Origin: a virus
DNA: 64,000 nucleotides
Virus record (IMG/VR): IMGVR_UViG_3300025872_000051
Location: 1 to 64,000 of that record
Strand: one strand, 5' to 3'
Position numbers and translations under genes: made by a program. The notes under the pieces were generated by a model. That model saw only the letters and a program-made list of their open reading frames with translations, did not search any database and had not been told where the DNA came from. Shown in pieces: positions 46,901-55,829 of the stretch; position 1 is the stretch's first letter; every line of letters begins with the position of its first letter.

Positions 46901-49900
46901 TACCAAAGTTCTGATGATGGAGATATCACAACTATTCAATCTTATCAAGGATTTGATTACAAAGATGACATTCAATCAATAGGTTCTTTTAGAAATTCTG
47001 ATATAATTGATATTAGACCAAGAGTTTCAAACTATACGGTTTTGCCAAATTTAAGATCTCCTCTTGAATTTTATGGTAGAACATTTGATTCATCTGGCAA
47101 TTCATCTGCTAATATTTTAGCATCAGATGAGTCAATAATTACATCTTTTAATTATTATCTCGGAAGGATTGATAGTGTTTTTCTACGTAAAGATGGCACG
47201 TTCCAAGTTCAATATGGATCTCCATCAGAAAAACCAGAAAAACCCGTTGTATTAGATGATTCTCTAGAAATATCCACAATAACTCTTCCACCATATCTTT
47301 TTGATACATCTCAAGCGTCTATTAAGTTTTTAGACCATAAGAGATATAGAATGTCTGATATTAAACAGCTTGAAGATCGCATTAAAAATCTAGAATATTA
47401 CACTTCCCTGTCTTTATTAGAATCAAATACTGCCAATTTATTTGTTTCAGATTCTAATGGTTTGAATAGATTTAAATCGGGTTTTTTTGTTGATAATTTT
47501 ACAACATTTAATTCTCAAGAGACATTCATTCCCATAGAAAATAGTATAGATGTCTTGAATAAAGAACTAAGACCAAAACATTATACTACATCAATAGATT
47601 TAATTCCCGGTCCAGTTGAAGGAGTTAGTTCACAAACTGATACTTTATTCCAAGTTCCCGAAGGAATTAATATAAGAAAAACCGGAGATATTATCACCCT
47701 TGATTACTCTGAAACAGAGTTTATAAAACAATCTACTGCAACTAGAACTGAAAATGTCACTCCCTTTGTGATTAATTTTTGGGCAGGAAAACTTGAATTA
47801 ACACCTTCATCCGATACTTGGGTCGATACGGTTCGTATAGATCCAAAAATTACAACTACTGAAGGAGATTATTCCTCAGTAATGGCAATAGCATCTCAAT
47901 ATTTTAATGTTGATCCACAGATAGGTTATGCACCAACCGTTTGGGGTTCTTGGGAAACTAATTGGACTGGTAGAGATGTTATAGAAACTACAAAACTGCG
48001 AACGGATAAAAAAGAATTTAGTTATAATTATGGTTGGTTTGGATATCATTGGACTGATGGTATTTGGGGAAGACGTTATTCGGGAACTAATACAACTACT
48101 ACTACTGGTGTCTTTGAAGATCTTTATAGGGAAACTATATTAACAGGAACAGCGACCAGAACAGGAACTACAACTTTAGTTTCTGAACAATTTAATAATA
48201 CTTCACTTGGCGATAAAGTAATTAATAGAGATTTAGTTCAGTATGTAAGATCAAGAAATGTTCAATTCATAGGTAAAAACATAAAACCACTCACTCAGGT
48301 TTATGCTTTCTTTGATGGAGTAGATGTAACAAAATATTGTGTTCCAAAACTTTTAGAAATCAGTATGATTTCTGGAGTTTTTGAGGTTGGAGAAACTGTT
48401 ATAGGTTCTCCACTCACAAGAACTGCAGGATCACCGTCAATAACATTTAGAGTTGCTCAGTCAAATCATAAAGAAGGTCCATATAATAATCCAACATCAA
48501 CTTATTCATTAAATCCTTATACTAACCAATCAATTTCTTCTGCTTATTCTTCCGCAAGTAATCATTTAAATATAGATACTTTTTCACTATCCTCACAATA
48601 TCAAGGTGAGTATAGTGGGTGGGTTGAATCTGGAATGAACCTTGTAGGACAAACAAGTGGTGCTACAGCAACAATTACTAGCGTTAGATTAATTACTGAT
48701 AATCAATTGTTTGTGGCTGGATCTTTTTATATTCCAGACCCAAATATAATAACAAATCCAAAATTTGAAACTGGTACAAAGACATTTTCACTGATAAACA
48801 ATTCGATTAATAATAGAAATCTTGCATCAACTATATCAGATACAAATTATGAGGCAAGTGGATTAATAGAAACAGTACAGGAAGAAATTATTTCCACAAG
48901 AAATGCAACTATAGAGGCAAGGGAAGAAGTTCAAACAGAAAATGTTTCTCAGTCTCAGGGAAATGTTCTAGTAAGTAGTACACTAATATCAGAGACTAGT
49001 GTAAGTAGAAACAACTCTCGTCCATATGGTTGCTTTGGATATACTGATCCTTTAGCACAATCATTCCTAGTTCAAAATTCTCTTCAAGATGTAAATAGAT
49101 TGAGTGGGGTATTTATTACTAGATGTGATTTATTCTTTAAAACTAAAGATGAAAACGGAGTACCTGCTTGGGTTCAGATAAGAACTATGCAAAATGGATA
49201 TCCATCCCAAACTATAGTTCCATTTTCAGAAGTTATTTTATCTCCAGAATCTATTAATCTATCCAATGATGGTTCAGTTTCTACTCCTGTTGTATTTAAT
49301 TCCCCAGTTTACTTGGAAGGAGGAAAAGAATATGCGATTGTTGTAGGTTCTAATTCAAGCAATTATAATGTGTTTATATCAAGGGTTGGAGAAAATGATT
49401 TATTAACACAATCTTATATCTCAAACCAACCATATCTTGGATCACTATTTAAGTCCCAAAACGCTTCTACTTGGGAAGCAAGTCAGTTTGAAGATCTTAA
49501 GTTCACTCTTTATAGAGCAAACTTTGTTTCATCTGGAACTGTTGAATTCTATAATCCAGAATTAACTCCCGGAAATTCCCAAGTTGCAACTTTAATGCCA
49601 AATTCTTTGAAATTGAATTCAAGAAAAATTAGAGTAGGAATAACAACATATTTAAATGACTCTTCCTTGAAGTTAGGAAATACAATTTTACTGCAGGGAA
49701 CTAACGGAACAGGTAACTATGTAGGAAATGCAGGAATCGCAACTGGTTCTTTGCAAGTAATAAATCCGGGAATTGGATATACGCCTTCACTGGGTAGTTA
49801 TACATTCAATAACGTTCAATTGGTTCCAGTAACTGGAAATGGAAGAGATGCTACAGCAAATGTTACTATTTCAAATGGGGTTGCTATAGCTGCTACAATT

Positions 49901-51529
49901 GTAAATTCTGGAAATGGATATCAAGTTGGTGATGTTTTAGGAATTACAACTATAGGAGCAACTTCAGTTGGTAGAAATGCATTATTCTCATTAGTTTCTA
50001 TTGCAAGCACAAATGAACTTATTATTGATAATGTTCAAGGAGAATTTTTAACAGGAGTTGGATACACTGTACAATATGTTAATAATTTAGGAATTACAAC
50101 ATCCCTCAATTCTTCATATGGAGGAAATGTAACTATTTCTGAAATTAATATTGATAGTGATGGACTTCATATTCTTGTAAATCATAAGAATCATGGAATG
50201 TATTTTGAAGATAACTTTGTAAGAATTTCCGGAGTAGAATCAGATGTTACTCCAACAAGATTAACATCTTCATATTCTTCAAATTCAACATCTTCCATCT
50301 TAGTTGATGATTCTTCTAATTTTGCTACTTTTGAAAATGTTGCTGTGGGAGCAACAAATCCTGGATATGCACTAATAGGTAGTGAATTATTTCAATACGA
50401 ATCGGTTACTTCAGGTTCATTAAATAATATTACTAGAATCGGAATTATAGATCCAGTATATTTTAATAATATATCACAATCAATTACACATCTTTCCGGT
50501 GCTCCAGTTTATAAGTATGAACTTGGTGGAGTTTCTCTACAGAGAATTAATACAACTCATAATTTGCAAGATGTTACTATTTCTGATCCTATAGGTCTTG
50601 ATTCTTATTACATTAAGATTCAAACTAATGTAAATGGAACAAATAGATCTACTAGTGGAGGTTTCCCTAAACTGTATTTAAGTGAAACTAAGAGCTGTGG
50701 AGGTTTTAATATAAAAGCAACTCAAAATATACCATTTGAAGTTATTGAACCTTTGATCCAAAATACTACAGTTCAAGGGACTTCTATTAGTTCCGAAATA
50801 AGAACTGTCAGTAGTTCTAGTATTAGTGGAAATGAAATTCCATATGTGGATAAGGGATATGAAACTATAACATTGAATAAACCTAATTATTTTGATAGTC
50901 CAAGAATGATTGCATCTAAAATAAATGAAGATAGTAATCTTGACTTTTTACGTGGAAATAAATCCATGAATTTGAGAGTTTTCTTAAATTCAACAGATTC
51001 TAGAGTAAGTCCAGTAATTGATACTCAAAGAGTGAGTGCTATATTAACATCTAATAGAATTAATGATGTTATTGATAATTTTGCAACAGACAACAGAGTA
51101 AATACTATAGGAACAGATCCATCCGCATTCCAGTACATTTCTAAAGAAATAGGTTTAGAAAATCCAGCAACTTCAATTAAAATAATATTAGATGCTTATA
51201 GTAATGAGTACTCGGATATAAGAGCATTTTATTATATTTCAGAAACTCCAAACTCTGCTCCTATTTTTACTCCATTCCCCGGATATAATAATTTAGATGA
51301 AAGAGGACAAATTATAAATTTTGAAAATAGTGATGGACTTTCAGATTCTTTTGTTCAACCATCCCCTTCTTTTGGATTTAATTCCACATCTATTCAATTT
51401 AAAGAATATACGTTTACGGCCGACTTATTGCCATCATTTAGATATTATAGAATTAAGTTAGTCCTAACATCAACTAATCAAGTATATGTTCCCCGTGTTA
51501 AGAATTTGAGAGCAATTGCACTAGCGTAA
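43994..51529 (+). CDS. Large virion structural protein (VrlC/DUF4815-like, 2511 aa)
   Basis: NLNVSPYFDDFD...VLFKPG.PVQARELT.LQS; APGADRLKI; DPLAQSF. Confidence 0.85.
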   Translation: MSQVTNLNVSPYFDDFDANNDYYKVLFKPGYPVQARELTTLQSILQNQIEKFGQNIFKEGAKVIPGNTTYNQLYYAVELNNTYLGVPIDAYVDQLVGSKVTGQTSGVSAVVNSVLLSGDSERENVTLYVSYLNSSTLNNSTSQFLDGENLYSDVNISSGLLGNNLIAAGSPFAITISSNCNSTGSSFSISSGVYFIRGYFVNVNSETLILDQYSNRPNYRVGLYINEEIINSDIDEALTDNSQGFNNYAAPGADRLKISTSLFKKSLDDFNDNNFVELAVIRDGVLQSINSNTEYNLIRDELARRTYAESGDYCVTPFDVSVKESLNDGLGNRGIFNSNQFTYGGSIPSDDLAIYQISPGKAFVRGYEIETISPVFLDVRKPRTTTRLENIAVNYNTGSTFKLNTVYGSPVIGIGNTYVLSLRDQRVGVSSSTAAGKEIGVARVYDFRLESGSYDSDNPKLNRWDISLYDIQTTTEITLNEPITLSTPKFIKGKNSGATAFLKDSVSNSNTITVYQKNGDFVPFESFIIDGIDNTRVAVAVTSYSVSDVKSVYGIVGTSKTFSANTIQTDSLFVGIASISGSSSGISTVVSTNLYFSEKVVKVGNIVKYSNDLGSDPVYARVESVNEDSITISGVTTVSGINQGGLSTSVTRVTDLTILDTTLSPSTDDTLYTALPKPFVESLDLTDASLTIRKTYDVVISGNQLNTAVSAGSNETFLPFDEERYTLINSNGTTEILTEDKFDFIDGGKQLQIYNLQSSGNATLVTTLKKLKPKSKIKLLNKVSSIVIDKSKNSASGVGGTTLNDGLAFGNYAYGTRVQDENISINVPDIIKILAVYESKDTSTPSAPTLILSSINGPTTKTGDLLIGEKFIGQLSGAIGLYAERITDSQVSYIPLNDVSLKEGETITFYDSKIQAVITTINSPSFNVSQNFTFNNGQKGSFYDYGVLNRKSSIAEPTRKLKIYYSSAYYQSSDDGDITTIQSYQGFDYKDDIQSIGSFRNSDIIDIRPRVSNYTVLPNLRSPLEFYGRTFDSSGNSSANILASDESIITSFNYYLGRIDSVFLRKDGTFQVQYGSPSEKPEKPVVLDDSLEISTITLPPYLFDTSQASIKFLDHKRYRMSDIKQLEDRIKNLEYYTSLSLLESNTANLFVSDSNGLNRFKSGFFVDNFTTFNSQETFIPIENSIDVLNKELRPKHYTTSIDLIPGPVEGVSSQTDTLFQVPEGINIRKTGDIITLDYSETEFIKQSTATRTENVTPFVINFWAGKLELTPSSDTWVDTVRIDPKITTTEGDYSSVMAIASQYFNVDPQIGYAPTVWGSWETNWTGRDVIETTKLRTDKKEFSYNYGWFGYHWTDGIWGRRYSGTNTTTTTGVFEDLYRETILTGTATRTGTTTLVSEQFNNTSLGDKVINRDLVQYVRSRNVQFIGKNIKPLTQVYAFFDGVDVTKYCVPKLLEISMISGVFEVGETVIGSPLTRTAGSPSITFRVAQSNHKEGPYNNPTSTYSLNPYTNQSISSAYSSASNHLNIDTFSLSSQYQGEYSGWVESGMNLVGQTSGATATITSVRLITDNQLFVAGSFYIPDPNIITNPKFETGTKTFSLINNSINNRNLASTISDTNYEASGLIETVQEEIISTRNATIEAREEVQTENVSQSQGNVLVSSTLISETSVSRNNSRPYGCFGYTDPLAQSFLVQNSLQDVNRLSGVFITRCDLFFKTKDENGVPAWVQIRTMQNGYPSQTIVPFSEVILSPESINLSNDGSVSTPVVFNSPVYLEGGKEYAIVVGSNSSNYNVFISRVGENDLLTQSYISNQPYLGSLFKSQNASTWEASQFEDLKFTLYRANFVSSGTVEFYNPELTPGNSQVATLMPNSLKLNSRKIRVGITTYLNDSSLKLGNTILLQGTNGTGNYVGNAGIATGSLQVINPGIGYTPSLGSYTFNNVQLVPVTGNGRDATANVTISNGVAIAATIVNSGNGYQVGDVLGITTIGATSVGRNALFSLVSIASTNELIIDNVQGEFLTGVGYTVQYVNNLGITTSLNSSYGGNVTISEINIDSDGLHILVNHKNHGMYFEDNFVRISGVESDVTPTRLTSSYSSNSTSSILVDDSSNFATFENVAVGATNPGYALIGSELFQYESVTSGSLNNITRIGIIDPVYFNNISQSITHLSGAPVYKYELGGVSLQRINTTHNLQDVTISDPIGLDSYYIKIQTNVNGTNRSTSGGFPKLYLSETKSCGGFNIKATQNIPFEVIEPLIQNTTVQGTSISSEIRTVSSSSISGNEIPYVDKGYETITLNKPNYFDSPRMIASKINEDSNLDFLRGNKSMNLRVFLNSTDSRVSPVIDTQRVSAILTSNRINDVIDNFATDNRVNTIGTDPSAFQYISKEIGLENPATSIKIILDAYSNEYSDIRAFYYISETPNSAPIFTPFPGYNNLDERGQIINFENSDGLSDSFVQPSPSFGFNSTSIQFKEYTFTADLLPSFRYYRIKLVLTSTNQVYVPRVKNLRAIALA

Positions 51530-51534
51530 TTTAA

Positions 51535-51762
51535 ATGAAATATTTAAAAGTTGAGGGTCACAACAATCTCGTAAGAGATCCAAAAACAAATTCAATAATT
51601 AATAATAGTATGTCTGATTATCAGCAATATTTAAAAAGAAAAGATATTGCATCAAAAGAGAATGAAAAAATACAATCTTTTGAAGAGGATCTTGCTAATA
51701 TGAAGTCTGACTTAGATGAAATTAAATTTTTACTTAGGAGTTTGATTAATGAACCCAGATAA
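51535..51762 (+). CDS. Conserved small coiled-coil protein
   Basis: KVEGH.NLVRD..T.SIIN. Confidence 0.75.
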   Translation: MKYLKVEGHNNLVRDPKTNSIINNSMSDYQQYLKRKDIASKENEKIQSFEEDLANMKSDLDEIKFLLRSLINEPR

Positions 51763-51928
51763 AATAGAGCTAGAAAATTTGAGTAAAAGTTTTGAGTACT
51801 TTAAACTCTGTGCGGAGATTGATGGTATTGACAATATAGAAGATTTAAAAAATATTGCTAAGTGTTATTTTAAATTGTACTTAAAACAGCAAGAAGTAGT
51901 TTCTCAGTTGATGAAAATTAATTCCTAA
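51749..51928 (+). CDS. Small helical protein (59 aa), possibly NblA-like
   Basis: Hand-translated MNPDKIELENLSKSFEYFKLCAEIDGIDNIEDLKNIAKCYFKLYLKQQEVV...; AGGAG upstream. Confidence 0.5.
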   Translation: MNPDKIELENLSKSFEYFKLCAEIDGIDNIEDLKNIAKCYFKLYLKQQEVVSQLMKINS

Positions 51929-51952
51929 ATATTGATAGGAGATTATAGATAA

Positions 51953-52807
51953 ATGGCGCAACCATCTACTAGGCAAGAACTAATTGATTATTGCAAAAGA
52001 AAACTGGGAGCGCCAGTTTTAGAAATTAATGTTGCAGATGAGCAAATAGAAGATTTAGTTGATGATGCTATACAGTTTTTTCAAGAGAGACATTTTGACG
52101 GAGTATACCCAACTTTTTATAAGTATAAAGTAACTAAGGACGATATTAACAGAGGAAGAGCAGGATTTGGGGGAAATGCAACAAGTTCTGTTGGAATAGC
52201 AAGTACTTCGGCAACTGCCAATATTGTTGGAACCGCAACTACATTTACTTTTTACGAAAACAGTAATTATCTTCAGGTTCCACCAAATATTATAGGGGTA
52301 AATAAAATCTTTACCTTTGATGGTGCTAATACTATTACCCACAATATGTTTAGTGTCAAATATCAGTTGTTTTTAAATGATATCTATTACTGGGGAACAA
52401 CTGAACTTTTAAGTTATGCTATGGTTAAAACTTATCTTGAAGATTTGGATTTCTTACTGAATACTCAAAAACAAATTCGTTTTAATAAGAGGCAGGATAG
52501 GTTATATTTGGACATTGATTGGGGTTCTGTTACAGATACTCAATATTTTATAATTGACTGCTATTCTACTCTTGATCCAAATGATTATTCAAGAGTTTGG
52601 AATGATTCATTCTTAAAACCATATTTAACTTCCCTAATTAAAAGGCAGTGGGGACAAAATATGATGAAATTTACAGGTGTTAAGTTACCTGGAGGAGTAG
52701 AATTAAATGGTAGACAAATGTATGATGATGCCCAAAGAGAAATAGATTTATTAATGGAAAAAATGTCAAGTACTTACGAACTTCCTCCACTGGATATGAT
52801 AGGATAA
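51953..52807 (+). CDS. gp13: Neck protein gp13
   Basis: LIDYCKRKLGAPVLEINVA..Q; K.QWGQN..KF.GV.LPGGV.LNG. Confidence 0.95.
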   Translation: MAQPSTRQELIDYCKRKLGAPVLEINVADEQIEDLVDDAIQFFQERHFDGVYPTFYKYKVTKDDINRGRAGFGGNATSSVGIASTSATANIVGTATTFTFYENSNYLQVPPNIIGVNKIFTFDGANTITHNMFSVKYQLFLNDIYYWGTTELLSYAMVKTYLEDLDFLLNTQKQIRFNKRQDRLYLDIDWGSVTDTQYFIIDCYSTLDPNDYSRVWNDSFLKPYLTSLIKRQWGQNMMKFTGVKLPGGVELNGRQMYDDAQREIDLLMEKMSSTYELPPLDMIG

Positions 52808-52810
52808 TCT

Positions 52811-54217
52811 ATGCTAAATCCATTTTTCTTACAAGGTTCAAAAACAGAGCAAAGCCTCATTCAGGATTTGATTAATGAGCAGTTAAGAATGTATGGTGTT
52901 GAGGTATACTATCTACCAAGAAAATATATTACAGAAAAAAAAGTTATTAAAGAAGTTATAGAATCTGTATTTACTAATGCGTATCCAATAGAAGCATATG
53001 TAAATACTTATGAAGGATATAATGATAATCCAACAATTTTATCAAAATTTGGCATTCAAGCACTTAATGAATTAACTGTTACTATTTCAAGAGAAAGATT
53101 TAAAACATATATATCCCCACTTATAGTCAATCAACCAAATATTAAGTTATCATCAAGACCAAAAGAAGGTGATTTAATTTATTTCCCTTTAGGAGATCGT
53201 TTGTTTGAAATTAAGTATGTAGAGCACGAAAAACCATTCTATCAACTTCAGGGATTATATACTTATGAATTAAGATGTGAGTTATTTAGATATGAGGATG
53301 AGATTATTGATACTGGAGTTGAAGATATTGACGATAATATAAGTGGTAGTCAAGGAACAGATTCTGTTCCAGTAGGAAATGTACAAAAACTTTTAATGGT
53401 TGGGGTTGGTGTTACTGCAACTGCAATTACTGGAATTGTAAATGGTGGTATTAGATTTATAACAGTAACAAATAGAGGTGGAGGTTATACAAGTACTCCT
53501 ACAGTTGGCATTTCTTCAGCACCAAGTGGAGGTCAAACTGCAACGGCAATCGCAAAGATGATAGGTGGTATTGTTGTATGTAATGACAATACAAATCCAG
53601 CAGCAAAATCTGTTCAAAGTGTTGAAATTATAAATGCCGGTTATGGATATACTACAACCCCAGGCGTAAGATTTATTGGTGGAGGAGGAAAGGGTGCAAC
53701 TGCAACCGCTACTTTGGGTGACGGTATAGTTGGAATTATTACAGTAACTAATTCTGGGTCTGGATATGTTGACCCACCAACCATAACATTTAGTGGAATT
53801 TCTTCAGTATCGGCTGCAGCTACTGCTGTTGTTTCTGCAGCGGGTACTATTACTCAAATCAGAATAACAAATGCTGGTTTAGGATATACTTTGGCACCAA
53901 CAATTACAATTGGAAATCCAGCACTAAATTCTTTTGGAAACTTTGTCTTTAATGAAGTTGTAGTTGGATCTCAAAGTGGAGTAACCGCAAGAGTAAGATC
54001 TTGGAATTCTGTAAGTAATGTTTTAGAAGTATCTCAAGTAAACGGAGAATTTATTTCTGGGGAAAATATTGTAGGAACAGCATCAAGTGCATCTCATTAC
54101 CTTAGAAAAGTTGAAGTTTTTCCTGTCAGGGATGGATTTGCAAATAATGAAGAGATTGAAGTGGAAGCTGACAAGATTATTGATTTTAGTGAAAATAATC
54201 CATTCGGAATGCCATAA
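52811..54217 (+). CDS. gp14: Neck protein gp14 with an inserted repeat region
   Basis: LNPFF.QG...EQ.L.QDLINEQLRMYG.EVYYLPR; ends DFSE.NPFG. Confidence 0.93.
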   Translation: MLNPFFLQGSKTEQSLIQDLINEQLRMYGVEVYYLPRKYITEKKVIKEVIESVFTNAYPIEAYVNTYEGYNDNPTILSKFGIQALNELTVTISRERFKTYISPLIVNQPNIKLSSRPKEGDLIYFPLGDRLFEIKYVEHEKPFYQLQGLYTYELRCELFRYEDEIIDTGVEDIDDNISGSQGTDSVPVGNVQKLLMVGVGVTATAITGIVNGGIRFITVTNRGGGYTSTPTVGISSAPSGGQTATAIAKMIGGIVVCNDNTNPAAKSVQSVEIINAGYGYTTTPGVRFIGGGGKGATATATLGDGIVGIITVTNSGSGYVDPPTITFSGISSVSAAATAVVSAAGTITQIRITNAGLGYTLAPTITIGNPALNSFGNFVFNEVVVGSQSGVTARVRSWNSVSNVLEVSQVNGEFISGENIVGTASSASHYLRKVEVFPVRDGFANNEEIEVEADKIIDFSENNPFGMP

Positions 54218-54257
54218 ATAGAATTTATTATATACAATATATAAAAGGTCCAAAAGT

Positions 54258-55259
54258 ATGTTTGAATATTTTTATCACGAAATTTTAAAAAGAACTATTG
54301 TTGCTTTTGGTTCTTTATTTAATGAAATTAAAATCAAACATACTGATAATAATGGTAATGTAAAAAGTATATTAAAGGTCCCTCTTGCATATGGACCAAC
54401 TCAGAAATTTCTTGCAAGATTAGAGCAATCTCCAGATCTTAATAAGCCAGTTCAAATAACATTACCAAGAATGTCTTTTGAGTTTACTGGGTTAACTTAT
54501 GACCCATCAAGAAAGGCAACAACAACTCAAACATTCACGGCAAAATCAACAGTTGATGGTACTGAAACTAAAAAATCTTATCTACCAGTTCCATACAATA
54601 TGCAATTTGAGTTGAGTATTATGTCCAAACTCAATGATGATGCTCTTCAAATTGTAGAACAAATTCTACCATATTTTCAACCAGCATACACAATGACTGT
54701 TGAACTTGTTGATATTATCAACGAAAAGAGGGATATTCCCGTAGTTCTTGAAAATATTACTATGCAAGATGATTATGAAGGAAACTTTACAACTAGAAGA
54801 GTTCTGATATATACGTTGAGATTTACTGCTAAGACATATCTCTTTGGTCCAACATCTACCGCAACGAAGGATATTATCAAGAAGGCTTCTATTGGTTTTA
54901 TTGCCGGAGATACTACAAATACTCCAACAAGAGAAGTTGTATATTCAGCACAACCAAGAGCAATTCAAAATTATACTGGAAATATACTAACCAATTTATC
55001 CAAAGATATCAACACCGAAGATATTTTAATTAGTGTAAATGATGCTTCTGGAATAGTTGCAAATTCTTACCTTGATATTGAGGGTGAAGAAGTTTATGTA
55101 AGATTGGTTTCTGGTAATATTCTTACTGTTGATAGAGGAAGAGATAATACAACAATAACATCTCATTTGACTGGAGCAGAGGTAAAATCAATAACCGCTG
55201 CTGATAATCTTCTTATTGAAGATGGTGATGATTTTGGATTTAGTGGTTTAAGTGTATGA
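54258..55259 (+). CDS. gp15: Tail sheath stabiliser/terminator gp15
   Basis: YFYHEI...I.AFG.LFN; VPLAYGP..KFLARL; LPRMSFE; QI.EQILPYFQP. Confidence 0.95.
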   Translation: MFEYFYHEILKRTIVAFGSLFNEIKIKHTDNNGNVKSILKVPLAYGPTQKFLARLEQSPDLNKPVQITLPRMSFEFTGLTYDPSRKATTTQTFTAKSTVDGTETKKSYLPVPYNMQFELSIMSKLNDDALQIVEQILPYFQPAYTMTVELVDIINEKRDIPVVLENITMQDDYEGNFTTRRVLIYTLRFTAKTYLFGPTSTATKDIIKKASIGFIAGDTTNTPTREVVYSAQPRAIQNYTGNILTNLSKDINTEDILISVNDASGIVANSYLDIEGEEVYVRLVSGNILTVDRGRDNTTITSHLTGAEVKSITAADNLLIEDGDDFGFSGLSV

Positions 55260-55687
55260 AAATGAGTAAAAAATTTGATAAACTTAATGAGACCTTTTCT
55301 GTAGATACCGAAATAGTTTCCTCAGAGAAGGAAGATATTGCTGAAAAAATAGAAAAAGTATCTGCCAATGTTGATGATATTCAAAAAGATTATGATTATA
55401 CACGGGGAAATTTATATTCCCTAATAGAAAAGGGGCAAGAAGCTATTAATGGAATTCTTGAACTAGCTCAAGAGAGTGAGATGCCAAGAGCATATGAAGT
55501 TGCTGGACAATTGATAAAGAATGTTGCAGATGCAACAGATAAATTAATGGATCTACAAAAGAAGTTAAAAGATATTGAGGAAGAAAAGGTTAAAGGTCCG
55601 ACTACGGTTAATAATGCTCTTTTTGTTGGTTCAACTGCAGAATTGGCAAAACTTCTAAAGCAACAAAAGATAGATGAAAACATTTAA
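55256..55687 (+). CDS. gp16: Terminase small subunit gp16
   Basis: DYDYTRGNLY.LIEKGQEA...PRAYEV; NNALFVGSTAEL. Confidence 0.93.
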   Translation: MKMSKKFDKLNETFSVDTEIVSSEKEDIAEKIEKVSANVDDIQKDYDYTRGNLYSLIEKGQEAINGILELAQESEMPRAYEVAGQLIKNVADATDKLMDLQKKLKDIEEEKVKGPTTVNNALFVGSTAELAKLLKQQKIDENI

Positions 55688-55829
55688 ACAGTTTCAAGAG
55701 GAGTGGACTAATAAATATAAAAAGAGTATTGATTGCTCAAATCCAAAAGGATTTTCTCAACGTGCCCACTGTGCAGGAAGAAGAAAAAGAGCAAGAGGTG
55801 AAGAAACTAAATCAAAATCAGTTGAATAA
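55674..55829 (+). CDS. Small basic protein with capsid-targeting-like N-terminus (51 aa)
   Basis: Hand-translated MKTFKQFQEEWTNKYKKSIDCSNPKGFSQRAHC... Confidence 0.65.
   Translation: MKTFKQFQEEWTNKYKKSIDCSNPKGFSQRAHCAGRRKRARGEETKSKSVE

Noticed and set aside
30429-51529. Repeats in the large structural genes as a diversity-generating retroelement
   Set aside because: The repeats are degenerate at protein level; no TR/VR pair or reverse transcriptase was seen
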